DNA of 64,000 nucleotides, taken from contig JBHGNT010000012.1 in NCBI GenBank assembly GCA_043228905.1, positions 14,508,001 through 14,572,000 on the forward strand, given 5' to 3'. A model generated the notes under the pieces. It worked only from the letters and a program-made list of their open reading frames with translations. It searched no databases and was not told the DNA's origin. Positions 11,801 to 25,205 of this stretch are shown in pieces (the stretch's first letter is position 1; every line of letters starts with the position of its first letter). The DNA is from Azolla caroliniana (Eukaryota; Plantae; Polypodiophyta). Both the position numbers and the translations under genes were made by a program.

Positions 11801-12149
11801 AGAATCATGCACATTGGTAATACAACCAACGAGACTCTACACACACACACACACACACACACATATATGCGTGCGTGTATGTGTGTATGTTTATATGTAT
11901 ACAGTATACATATATATCGTCGGAGTAGTAATAAACCATAATCGAAAACAAAAAAAATAAAATAACTGAAAGAAACTAGAACAGCGGGAACAAACAAACA
12001 CAAACGCAAAACGATCAAAAACCAACCAACCAACAAAAAATCCAAACCAAAACCAAAATGAAAGACACAAGACAGAGAGTGAAAGGAAGCAAAAAAAACA
12101 GTACATAAATATGTAGGGATATATATATAATAAATAAACAGCGCCAAAA

Positions 12150-12602
<453 letters not shown>

Positions 12603-14192
12603 GCATATTTTTTATATATTAAGCTTCTGCGTCTTCTGTGCTTCTGCTGTTTCTTCTTGCTTCCTTTCCTTCCATCAAAAAAGATTTATGGTCAGAGCCG
12701 CCATAGCCTACCGTCTTCAAAGCCTGCACTTATTTATTATTCCCCCTTCCCAATCTCTCTCCTCCTCTCCTATCTTTTGAAGCTTCACCTTCGCCATCGC
12801 CACGATTGTCTTTCCTTTACTTCGCCTTCTTCTTCTTCTTCTTCTCTCTGTCTCTCTCTCTCTGTATCCCCCCTTCCACACACACACGCACTTCTTATAA
12901 GCTTCAACATCGCCATAGCCAAGCTTCTCATTCCTTCAATTTCCTCTTCTCGGCCATTCATTCTCCTTTCCTTCTTTCTTTTAATCTCTCTATCCTACTT
13001 TTATTATTATTATTATCATTATACTGCTGTTTGCCTTGTCCCGCCCTCCCTTTTAATCTTCGCCACCATAGCCAATCACACATTCGTATACATACATACA
13101 TACATATATATCTTTATCTATCTGAAACTTCCATCTCCCATCCCTGCATTTCTCCTGTGTTTGTATGCACAAGAGCTTCAACTCTCGCTATCAAACATAG
13201 GAGTGATCCTTCTTCTGAGTTTGAAATCCATCAGCCAGTGATGGAGAAGAAGATTTGATTGTGTCATGAGGAAAGGGATACGTATGGTTTGATCCGTTCA
13301 CGTATTGTAGAAACAGAGAAGGAAAGAAGAAAGAGACGGTGACTGAGAAAGGCACAGAAAAAATGAAAGAATAATCGACTTTCTTCTTCTTCTTCTTCTA
13401 AAGGTGCAAAACTACTTCTTTTCTTCTTCTGAAGATTCTGCTGCTGCTGCTGCAGATGCCATGGAAAATTAGGATAATAATAGCAAGCGTAAATGCTAAT
13501 TGTTTCTTGGTGTATTTGTATTGAAGAAATGAGAGCAAGAGATAGAAAGGAACTGAATGCAAATAGAAATGCGATAGATCCTTCTTCTTTTTCCATTCCA
13601 GTGAATGAATGCTAACAATGAATGGCCTAATTTCCTGATAGTGCTGCTTTTTCTGTAACTTGCCATAGAAATAATATATTATGATTCTCGCAGACTAGTT
13701 CAGCAGAATCGATGTCCTTTAGTTTGAGTGAAGGAGCAGAAATTTTAATCGATTCAAGAAGTATCGAAGATGAAGAGGAAAGAATAAGAAGAACGAGAAA
13801 CGAATCTGATAGAATAAGAAGAAAGCTGGCGCTCATTATGCCTAAATATTGATGATTTATTTGATTTGCAACGAATTTCTATCTTCTGATATCAAACAAT
13901 TCTGCTTCGTCTTTAGTTAATTCCTTCCTCCTCCTTTTTCTCCTGCTTCTTCACTTGGATATCTCCTTTTTGTATTTCCTTTTAGAAATCCTTCTAATTT
14001 GATATCGTCTTCGCAACATCCTTTTCGTCGCTGTTTCTTCTTCTTCCTTTACCTTGATAATTATCGTCTCCGTTAATTCGTATTCACTACAATATAAGAA
14101 CAAACAGGTTGTTATATAGTCTTGAATCATATACTGCTCTCCCCATCTTACTCAGTAGATCGCAGTGCTCAGTAACTGTCGTTTCGTAGAAT

Positions 14193-14258
14193 ATGGAAAA
14201 TGAAGAACATTCAAATGATCGCTTAAAGAATTGGCATTTCTATCAAGTTTACTCCTGA
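14193..14258 (+). CDS. Candidate upstream ORF peptide MENEEHSNDRLKNWHFYQVYS in the TPP leader
   Basis: 21-aa ORF after a possible acceptor (TTTCGTAG at 14189). LKxWxF resembles the recalled conserved uORF peptide of angiosperm TPP genes. Confidence 0.4.
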   Translation: MENEEHSNDRLKNWHFYQVYS

Positions 14259-14776
14259 AATGAATGTTTTGTAACCTATTCACCGTGGTTATACCTAGAA
14301 ACCGTTAACGGAATTTCCTCTTTCCTGTAGACGCAACTTCCTTGTCTGTCTCTATTTAACAATACTCCTCATTATAGATCCTAACTTTATTACTCTGACG
14401 TTCCCCGCAAAAACTTCAAATTGGTTTGCATTCGTATAATCTAAAAGGAAATCTTGGTTTGCTTCCTTAGATAATCTGCGGTGTGGAAGCATCCAATTGA
14501 TTATTGAGCATCTGTTCGAATTCAATCATTTGATATATGATTTATTAATCATCAGCACATTTAACAGCATGAATTTTTTAATTTTTATCCACTGAACTCG
14601 TATTGAATAGTCGACACATCTGTTTTTATTCTATTGTGATATGCATATCAATGACATTACTGCGTCTGTTCTTTCAGGGACCTAATTCTAAGCCTTCACT
14701 CAATAACCACATTCTTTAAAGAAAAAGAGACATTCGATATATAGAGACACCTTTAATCACGCAAAATCTTACCAAA

Positions 14777-17700
14777 ATGGCAATTCGATCGAAGCACATC
14801 AATGGTGGGAATATGAAAGACATCTCATCTGTTACTCCTTCTATGTACAATCAAAATAATATGCCTTCTAGTCTATCGCCCGTATCAAACTATTCATCGA
14901 GAAGAAGGTTATCTTCTAGGAAAGTGGAGAAAAATGATTTCGTTTTTGGATTACTTGAAGCAATGAAAGATTCGTCACCACCTCGTGTTAGATGTAATGT
15001 AGAGTCGGAATCGGTATTTGATTATAACACCCTGTGCACTAATACCACAGTTGATCAGATGGAATATTGCAGATCATGGAAGGTAATCATGCTCTTACTC
15101 TCTCTCTCTCTATCTCATATGCTAACAGTGATTCGATAATGAGTAGTTGATTCTAATCTTACAGCGATTTTGATAATCTATGCAATGCTTGAAACAACCT
15201 CATCAATTACTTTTTGTCTTGCTTAATATTTAAGAATCTGCATGACTAAGGTACTTGTTTTCTTATTTCTGTCTTTTCTTCTGTATGTACCAGGCAAACC
15301 ATCCTTCAGCGTTAGAAAATTTTGATAAAATCTTCGAACTTGCGAAAGGGAAACACATTTTTGTCTTTCTAGATTATGATGGAACGCTTTCACCGATTGT
15401 AGAAGACCCTGATTGCGCATTCATGTCCGAAGAGGTAATCTATGTTTTATTTGACAACATTTTCTTGTTTCTTCTTAATTAATTTGGTTACGTGGCAGAA
15501 ATGCGTTTCTAAGTCTCTCCTTGCGTGACAACCGATGATGTTATGATATGGTTATGTGACAACTTATCTTTGCTATGACGGAATTTGTTTACAGATGCGT
15601 TCTACTGTAAAAGAGATTTCATCTCTGTTCCCAACGGCGATCATTACAGGACGAAGTAGAGAAAAGGTACCAGATAGGTTTGCTTTACTTTCTCAAATTT
15701 CTTTTAGCTAGATGAATCAATACTGTCATTTTCCTTAGTTTTGGGACATAGATGGTTTTTTCGTAATTCCTTCTCGTGCTAGGTAAATTATCTCTGTGCA
15801 TCTTTCAAACGATTAAGGGCATGCCATGTTTGGCTTTCTTTAATTTCGTCAATAGCTTTTCTTCCTTGAACGAGTTGGGCTCTGCTACCATCTCCCAAAA
15901 GATGATTTTTGTGGTTAAGAGTGGTCAGATTAGCCCGATTCCTTGACTACCAATATTCTCTTATTTTGGAGGAATTTGTGCTGTTTCTCTACCAAATGGT
16001 TCTTTGAGTTAAGTGCAGTCCATGTCAATGCACTTTCTTTTCTCTCAGTAGCTTCTTATGTTTGAAGAATATTCAAAGGATGATGATTAGGGTTAACTCT
16101 GGTGAAGATAGATACACCAAATGGTTCTTTGAGTTAAGTGCAGTCCATGTCAATGCACTTTCTTTTCTCTCAGTAGCTTCTTATGTTTGAAGAATATTCA
16201 AAGGATGATGATTAGGGTTAACTCTGGTGAAGATAGATACTTGCCTTTTTCAATCTACATATTAATTTTTGTATCAGAAGAATTATGTTTTTTTATCTTC
16301 CATTGAAGCATAAATATTATTTAGGTTGATGGTTATGAAGATCATTTACACTATTTGTTCTTTACTATCAGGTCTATGAATTTGTTCAAGTACGCGAATT
16401 ATACTATGCAGGAAGTCATGGTATGGACATTATGGGTCCTGCTGTGTGCCGTAATGGATCTAAAGCTAAAAGCAACAATGTATTAGATCAAGAGGTAGAT
16501 AAATAGTTTTCATATGCATGCATGCATACATACATACATACGTACGTACATACGTACATACATATATGTTTACACACATATAGATGTAAATGTAGACGTG
16601 TCCACACATACACAGATATGTCTTTTATATATGTCCATACATTCACAGACATGCATATATTCATGTACAGGTGTGTAGGAATCGTTCATTTTTCCTGCAT
16701 ATCTGCTGCTGATTCAACTTGATTGTATGAGTGACAGCCTTGTTCTTTCTTGTGCAGGACAATGATGTGGCCTTATTCCAGCCAGCTAGTGAGTTCACCA
16801 TTATGATGGACGAGGTAATTACTATCTCATTTTACAAGAAGTAGTTGTAAGATGATAGCACATTGAGGTGTGCTTAAGTGATTGGTTGCACTATTTCGAT
16901 GGTTGGGTTTTTGTACCTCCAAATAATGACTTTTGCTTGTGAATTAGATCTTCAAATTGTTGGATGAAAAAGCGAGTAAAGTACCCGGAGCAAAAGTTGA
17001 ACACAATAAGTTCTGTGTTAGTGTTCATTTTAGGCGTGTGAAGGAGGAGGTAAGAATAGTGATGTATTTTTTTTCCCTTTACTGGCATTGTTTCTCTTAT
17101 ATTCTTTGGGCATTTCAAAGATGATTTGATGGATTGAAACGCTCTTTTCTAGGATTGCTAATACTAATATATTGTTTGTTTCACGATGCATTCTGATGAG
17201 GTTCATAATGTTTTATCAGAATTGGAAGGCACTAGCGGAGCAGGTGCAAAATGTGTTAAAGTCATACCCGAATGTTTGTCTCACTCAAGGCCGTAAGGTA
17301 TACAATTAGTGTATTATCGATAATATATGGACAAAAGACTATTATCGATAATATCTATAAACTTCCCAAAACTTGCTGTGATACCTCTAAAATTTTTAAA
17401 CTTATCTGAATAACCCTGTATATACAATATACATACAACATGTACAAATAGCCTGGTGTATTCTGGTAATTTTTAAAAAAATCTGGTAAATAACAAATAC
17501 GTTTCTAGGAGTATTTTTGGATTAATGCTCCTCCTCAATGCTTCCAAACTCAATTCTCTTGTCTATGTATAATTTAGGTCTTAGAAGTTCGGCCTTGTAT
17601 CTCATGGAATAAAGGAAAAGCATTAGACTACTTGCTGCGAACTCTTGGTACGTTGGTGGATTTGAAATCTATGGTGAATTATGATGCATTGTTTCAATAT

Positions 17701-18647
17701 GTAAGTTATTTTATTCTATATATGTAGGTTATGGGAATAGAAGTGATGTTTTCCCAATATATATTGGAGATGATCAAACTGATGAGGATGCATTTAAAGT
17801 AAGATGATGTTCTTGGAATCGTATGATATGATGGAATTAGTTTTACCTGTGTTTGTTATGTTTATATTAATCTGCTTACTAATATATTTGCTCTCTCTGT
17901 CTTATTTCAGGCAGTAGTGAGAAAGAAGCACGGGCTTGCAATACTTGTATCAAATGTAGTCAAGGAGACAAATGCTATATGCTCTCTGAAAGATCCAGAT
18001 GAGGTATTTCCAAATGTTGTTAATACTTCGTGATAATAAACACAATTTTAGGTCATTTGGGGCCAGATTCATAACGCCATTTCTTTGATCAACAGTTTCG
18101 TTTCTTTCGTCTATATATTTCAGAACAGAATCTCAAACTTTGTCTTAAGGAGATATATTCTGAATCTACTAATCAAGACCTTCCTAATGATATGCCATCA
18201 TACAATGCTATTCTAAATAAGTTTATTTCTCAAGTGCTAATTGGGATTTTCCCCAAACGATTGAGATGGTATTTTTGTCTTTCTAACGAATCGTTGTGAT
18301 GTCCCAGTCCCCAATTCTCATTTTGTGCATTAGAAACATTTCACATCCTATATCACTAAAAAACGATGTTTGGCTAGTAATTTTGATTAATATAATCGAA
18401 GTCAGATTTTGATATTTTGTGCTCATCAATCCCTTTTTCCCAAATGATAGAAAATTTATGGCTTTTGTCATTTTAGGGAACCAGTGTGTGAATTGCTTAT
18501 CTAGATTCGGAAATGTGCTCGTTGTGGTAAGACTAATGATCATAAGTTGTTTATGTTTCTGTTTTTGTTTTTCTGTAGGTCCTCCAATTCCTTCAGAATC
18601 TCGCGAAATGGAAGCGCAAATGCATTTATATAAACAAGCATTTGTAG
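14777..18647 (+). CDS. TPP: Trehalose-6-phosphate phosphatase (HAD family), 11 coding exons, 393 aa
   Basis: join(14777-15082,15294-15434,15595-15666,16372-16494,16758-16814,16948-17049,17220-17297,17578-17647,17728-17798,17911-18003,18579-18647). All introns are GT-AG and the frame is intact (1182 nt). Motifs [57 protein letters not shown] and [13 protein letters not shown]. Confidence 0.95.
15991..16240 (+). repeat. Perfect 125-bp tandem duplication inside a TPP intron
   Basis: ACCAAATGGTTCTTTGAG...GAAGATAGATAC at 15991-16115 and 16116-16240. Confidence 0.95.
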
Positions 18648-21249
18648 AAACAGTGAGGTTCCAGCCTTTCCTTCCTCGATGAAAAAAAAGCTTTTAAAAG
18701 AGTGTTTCATGAGTTGAAATGAAGCCTTTATTTTAATGATTAGATTATGTTAGTTAGAAAGATTAAATGGGAAATAGTCCACATCATCATATTCAATGAT
18801 GGGCACCTCAACCAAATTAGCAATGTAATGGGAATCAAATAGCAACATGGAAAGAGAAACCAGAAGAAGAGGCAAGAAAAGAAATCTGTATATCTATTCT
18901 ACATATAGATATATAAGTTTCCTTGATATGGTAAAAAAAGGTACCTAGCAAGATAGGCCTATGAGGGTTAGAAGGATATAAAAAGCAAGCAAAAATTCTC
19001 CATTAGCCTTTTCGGTTCCATTCTCTTTCATTCTTTTATATTTGCTCTTGTAACATTTTTCTTCAGTATAAAATCTCAGATCTCCAAGCAAAGAAAAAAG
19101 AATTTGTTCCTCCCAAGTTTGTTTCAAGTGAAGTAAAAAGAAAAAGATTGTTTGTGTCATTGTGATGATGGCCCAAATAACAACACAAAATAATGATGGG
19201 CTTTGTATGTAGCTCCCTCCCCAGCATTACAGATTTTTAATAAAACTTGGGTGAATGTCTCTAGTGCTATAGAACAGTGCAGTGTTTACAACCTTTCAAA
19301 AACCTCATATTTTGAACATTGAAGACTTTTGCATCCCTTTTTTGCTTTTTGGGATTAAAAGACTTTCCCTTGTTTTCTATTAAGGTCAAAGAATCCTACT
19401 CTTTTCTCTCTTCAATTTTGGAGTTTCACATTCTCTTCCTTCAAGACCCTTTGTTTCGAAGATTCCCCTCGCTCTTTTCCTTGGTCTCCAAGATTCACAT
19501 ACATTTAGTTTGATCGAAGATTGTCCCATTAGTTTTTTGCTTGTTGAAAAAGTAGAAATGTATACTTACCGTTGTAAAAATGACTCAGATCGAACTTTGG
19601 GAAAAAACTTACCATATAGCCTAATGAAAAAAGAAAGTTTATCTCTAATCTTTTGTGTAATCGAGATATTCAATGGATTTATAATATGATATGTTGCACC
19701 TCGTAACCATTAATGCAAGTTATATATGTTAAAAGGAGCAAAATATGGGAGGCAGATTTTTTAAGTTCACATGAAAGATTGAATATGTTTATTGTATGTG
19801 GGAGGGTTGCATTCAAACTCACTTTTGACAAGACTTGGCAATACCACACATCATGGAGTAGCTAATATGAATCAAGATGAAGTGTATGAATTGAAGGTGT
19901 AGCTTGTTGTAAAATGAATGGTTTATGTCATGTGCAATAGAGCATAAGTTTTATGCAAATGTGGGCTTGCCCATCTACTAGATGTAATTTTGTTGTTATG
20001 GAAGCTAGAAGTTATACTCTCCATCCTCAAATATTGCAATGACGTGTAATTGTAAAGTAGAGCAATTAGTAATATCTCAACCCAAGTGAGTGCGTTGCTC
20101 AAGTTAGAAATGAAACAATGTTGCAATTGAGCATACGATGTAGGAAATTGTGTAGGGATAGCTCTGGATTAAGATTGTAGGAAAAATAACCTTGATGTGT
20201 GACTGAAGGTCGAATTTATAGCAAAATTTGATACTTATAGACACATGAACTTGTTTGGGGGACAATGTGCATAAGAGAGGATGTGATGGTGTGGGTGGTA
20301 AAGGGATCAAGGTTGTTAATGAGACAAATTGCCTTCCAATTCTCAAAATGATTTCAAGATGCTCACTACTTAACTTAGCCATGTTAAGAAGATAGATATG
20401 TTGCTAAACTCAGAGATTCTACATGTGGTTGGAAAGCACCATGCCATGTTGGAAATGTTGTTTGGAGCTACGTATGAGGGAGAGTGAGATATTAGAAAAC
20501 AACGAAGTGGGGCTTGATTTTTCAAATTCGCCTCTAAGATCCTTGAAGGATAAGTCAAAGGAACACTTGTTGTATTCAAGGAAAGTGAATATCAAGGGGA
20601 ATGGCGATATGTATGGAATTTGAAGGTCTTCAGTTCAATGATTGCAAATGCCTCACGATCTAGAGAGGAGACGTGTTATGAACATATATCAAAACTCCAA
20701 ATGCATGATAGAAATTTGAACCCATAACCTCTTCAAAAAGGATATGTAGGCTTAACTAATACTTTTGTAATGCTTTTCTAACTTTTAATAGATTATTTAG
20801 AATGTATATGTAATATTATGAAATGTCACTACCTTGCATAGGCTAATGCATGATCACCAAGTGGCATGCTGCATGAATGGCTATCATGCATTCTTGATAA
20901 AGTGGCGAGCATGCATGTGTCTAACTAATGCTATATAATCATGTTTCGAGTATTGATAAACCATTATGGTTCAATGCTAGTCTTCAACATATTCTTGTAT
21001 CTCTTGATTCTTATTAATACATCATTTATTCTCTTCTCATTATTTTCTTCAATTTTATATTGTTCTTGGCTATGAACTTGATAAAATGCAAAATATATGA
21101 AAGAAATCTTAGAAGTACTTCATACAAGGAGGTTATCTATGAAGGCACCCAAGGAAGAGGATCGGGGCACCGTTAAGAGTGACGTGGACAAGAGAACAAA
21201 AATATATCTTATCATCGGAATTCCATGACAACCCCTAGGCAAGTCACAA

Positions 21250-22970
21250 AGGTAAAGGAGAGATGTTCACAAAGCTTAACGAGAGATATTGGTGGCCAAG
21301 AATGTAGAAAGATGTATCACGACTAATGGAGATGTGCGAGAACCATTAATTGCACTCAAATGTGTGACACATGGAAGAGAACTCTACCTAAACTATCAAT
21401 TGTCAATGTGACAAATGGATTGTGGATATAGTGGTCATGCATATGGGAATGGGACAAATGAAGTATTTGGTGTGTCATAGTATTTGGTGTTGACACGAGC
21501 GGATAGAGGGAAGAGCTTTAAGAATTGTTTACAAATCCTTATTAGGAGATGTCATTTACCTATATGGTTTCTAGGGAAAATTATGGTAGAATGGGGGTTC
21601 ATTAGATGCTAACATAGCTAAGTAACTCTTCTGTGACTAGGTGTCAAGTTTTATCTTATTACAACTTATAACCAAGAGGTAAATGACAAGGTAGAGAGGG
21701 GACATAACTTGATTGTTAAAGCCCCTGTCAAAATTTGTGTAGGGAAAGTAAGAGAATTGCCACAATTGTTGCCTTAGTTCTTTATGGGGTGAGCAAACCA
21801 CCCATAGCATCGTATTTAGATTCATGCCGCTCAAGTTTATGTATGGGCAAACTCTAATCATGATCATTGAGTAAATGATTGCACACACAACTATGCCCTT
21901 AGGAGAAGAGATGAGCAAGGACCTTCTAGCCATGAGGATTAGGTAACTGTTACCTTCTCAATAAACACGAGCCGGATATTCAATTCTTGAATACCCTTCA
22001 CCAAAGATAATGGTGAGAGAAATGGAAATAGATCGCAACTACAATAGCTAGCTGATAGTCTAATGGGTCAAATCGGCTACAACCGAATCGATAAGACATA
22101 CATCACTTAACTTACAATGTATAAACTCAAAACACACCGACATGAATGATATACACAAACAATGCATAGCCGAAAGTTATCTCTATATTAAGTCCTCCAT
22201 ATACAATACACATGCCCCCTTTATATAGGAAAAGCATGGAGAAGTTATACTAGTTACTAACTGGCACACCGTTTCCAATTTATAGTTGCAATATCATAAG
22301 ACATACTGTTATGGATTGCTATTTACATTTTTCTACATAATTCAACAATATATACTTCGGTATTACGTAATTTGGCTTTTCGGCCCTTTCACACTTCAGC
22401 CTTGTTTCACATTTTGGCCTTCGACTTCACTTCAATTCATACCCATATGGGTAACGGTAACATGAGAGGAAGCCTAAGGAAATAGAGATAGCATTAGAGT
22501 GGCTGAAGATCTCGCCATGAGGATTAGGTAACATGAGAGGAAGCCTAAGGACATAGTGATAACATTAGAGTGGATGAAGACAACAAGGTTTAGAAGCGAG
22601 GAATGATTTGATATAAAAAATTAACTTCAACTAAGAAAATTTGAGGAATGTTATTGGGTGTTGGTCTACTATAGTAGTCTTGGCAACAAACATAGCTAAG
22701 ACTAGTGAGGACATTTGCAAAATGATGGTTTGGACTATATGTGGTAGTTCAAAGGAACTTAAATGATGGTTAGTGGCTCCTAATATAAGGAAAAGTTTGA
22801 AAAAGTGACAAGAAGAGAGATTGTGTCTTGATCATCTTCGTCAGGAAGAAGATGATGACGAAGAAGAGGGGTTTAAAGAAGATGAGATACGCAAGGGCTA
22901 AGTTTCCTTGCATGTCACATTCATTGACACATTCTAGAGGATGTGCAATTTTAGTGGAGATGGAAGTTGT
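21250..22970 (+). pseudogene. Highly decayed Ty3/gypsy integrase remnant (same type as 62405-64000)
   Basis: Fragments translate to KWIVDIVVMHMGMGQMKYLV, EGRAL-like, FMPLKFMYGQTLIM and WFGLYVV. Purine tract AGTGGAGATGGAAG near 22953. Confidence 0.7.
21948..22456 (-). mobile_element. Solo LTR inserted in the decayed integrase
   Basis: Termini TGTTACC...GGTAACG, TSD GTAAC at 21943-21947 and 22457-22461, and a reverse TATA (CCTTTATATAGG). Confidence 0.8.
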
Positions 22971-23949
22971 GATGTGATGGACGAAAACGGGGGAAAATGT
23001 TGAACTAATGTGTTTTATAGGAGATCAAGATTTGGGTTGAAATGAGCTCCAAAAATATGAGGAGGAAATCAATAAAAACATCAAAGCCTGGTTCAAATGG
23101 TAAGAACTAAGTGTTAGAATAATTGGTTGAAGGGTTCAATACCTGTAGAAGGCAATGAAGGTAAAAGGTGATCTATAATGCATAATATTAAAGAATGAGT
23201 CATGTGGTAAAAACTAAAGGAAGATAAGTTTTCGAAAATCAAGTGCTTATCTAGGGTCTAGTGGTGTCGCATGCTACAAAAGGATGTTATCAGGTGCTAT
23301 TATCAATTGGAATAAGTCCATTGGAATAAGAATAAAGAATAATGGAGTTCCAAATTAGTTGCTTTCGAATATGGGTATATAATGATCGTATTCACACTGT
23401 CCCATTGGACACACTAGGGTTAGGCTATTTATGGAAATAGTGGAAAGGGCCGTTGTCCTAGGCCACATAGATTGAAAACACAATGCGTAAAGTACAAAGT
23501 AATGCACACACAATTAGGAAACATTACCCAAAACACTAGAGGTATAACATATATAAGCCACATATAACAATCTTGAACTTGATATATATATCTCAAAGAG
23601 CAGACGTGGAACAATCCAAAATGCATATCAATAATGAAATTACTAACAAATTAACCTTATGTTTAGTTTCATGGATAGACTCATATGAGGCCATAACATT
23701 ATTTTTTCTCTTCTTGTTTTCTATTCAAAATATTATTTTTTGTGTACACAAAGGAAAATGGTTCATAAAATATATCGTCCTCAATTATTTTGACTCGGAT
23801 CTTTGCATATGTAAGAGTTTTTCTCACACTTACAATGCTCAAAGGTTTATCTTCATCATCCCTCTCATGTTCAAACACTTCAATAATAGATTCTTCATCC
23901 ATTATCTACAAATAGAATGACCCACCTATCACTTTTCATATAACCATAC

Positions 23950-24500
23950 ACCATATATATGTGTGTGTATGTGTGCATTGTGAATGTGGTATTCATGTGT
24001 GATTTGTGTGTATGTATGTTCCATACATCATATATGTTTGTATGTGGTATGCATGTGTGTTGTTTGTTATGTTTGTGTGTGCGTATGTATGTATGTTCCA
24101 TACATCATATATGTTTGTATGTGGTATGCATGTTTGTTGTGTTTTATGTTTGTGTGTGTGTATGTATGTTCCATACATCGTATATGTTTGTATGTGGTAT
24201 GCATATGTGTGTGTATGTGTATATAGGTATTGTATGGATTGTATTGCATGTGTATATAGGTATGCGTGTAATATGTATGTACATATTGTATTGTATTGTA
24301 TTTAATTGCATTTATTGTATGTATAACATGTGTGATGTGTGTTATGTGTGTGTGTGTGTGTATGTTCCATACAATATATATATGTGTCCATATGTGTATG
24401 TATATTCTACACACACACACACACACACATGTGTGTGTGTGTGTGTGTACATATTGTATTGTATGTATGTGTTATGTGTAAATGTGTATGATTGTATACG
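23950..24500. repeat. Degenerate TG/TATG simple-repeat region with about 75-bp higher-order units
   Basis: TATGTATGTTCCATACATCATATATGTTTGTATGTGGTATGCAT repeated three times, plus (TG)n and (CA)n. Confidence 0.8.
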
Positions 24501-25064
24501 TTGTCGGGCCTTTCAGTGCCAGATCGTTTGCGTGAGTCGGGTGGGAACTGCTGGGGTTTTTTACTAGGAGAAAGAAGAATATGAGGTAATGTTAGTTAGG
24601 AAGAGATTGCAAGAAAAAGATATGAAACTCGTGAATCCCATGAGTATAGTATATTAATTGATACTTAGATTGTAAGAGAGAAATAAATGGCAAAATCGTG
24701 AATCCCACAATTATTTTATATTACTCAAACCTTATAAAAATCAACAACCTATACATCTTTCTCTCTTCCTTATATAGTGTTGGAAGAGTCTAAGTTTATC
24801 ACATTCAAGCATCATGCTTTTCCTAACATTAGTTTCCATGCACACTACATGTGCATGATTAGCTTTCTATCCCATCTTTTCTTTTAACTCGAGTGTGTAT
24901 GCATGAATAACTTTATGTACCATGCATATCTAAAATATTTACATAGGAAAAGTTTAGTATAACTTTAAAATTCATAATATGCTAGTATAGTGGTAAGGCT
25001 TAAAAATCGTTAACATGGAGGTACATGGTTCGAATCTTGCCCTATGCATGTAACAATCTTTTCT

Positions 25065-25205
25065 TCTATTTACAAATTTGTCTCTTCATCCGGTGAGAGA
25101 CTCTCACCGACTTTCTTTATCCGGCTCTTGCCGGTTTTGCTTGATCCGGTTCTTACCGGGTCTCCCTATCGGTTCCTCCTTGCCGGTTCCATCCGGAGGG
25201 ACAAA
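25065..25205 (-). mobile_element. Copia-type LTR U3 remnant related to the LTRs at 46440 and 57903
   Basis: Reverse complement reads GTCCCTCCGGATGG...CCGGCAAGAGCCGGAT...CTCACCGGATGAAGAGACA...TTTGTAAATAG. Confidence 0.65.

Noticed and set aside
17765-17798. [10 protein letters not shown] instead of the usual GDDRTDEDAF in TPP
   Set aside because: The catalytic aspartates are intact, and a single substitution is not evidence of altered function.
19700-20700. Possible decayed coding sequence downstream of TPP
   Set aside because: Only short ORFs are present, with no identifiable domain.
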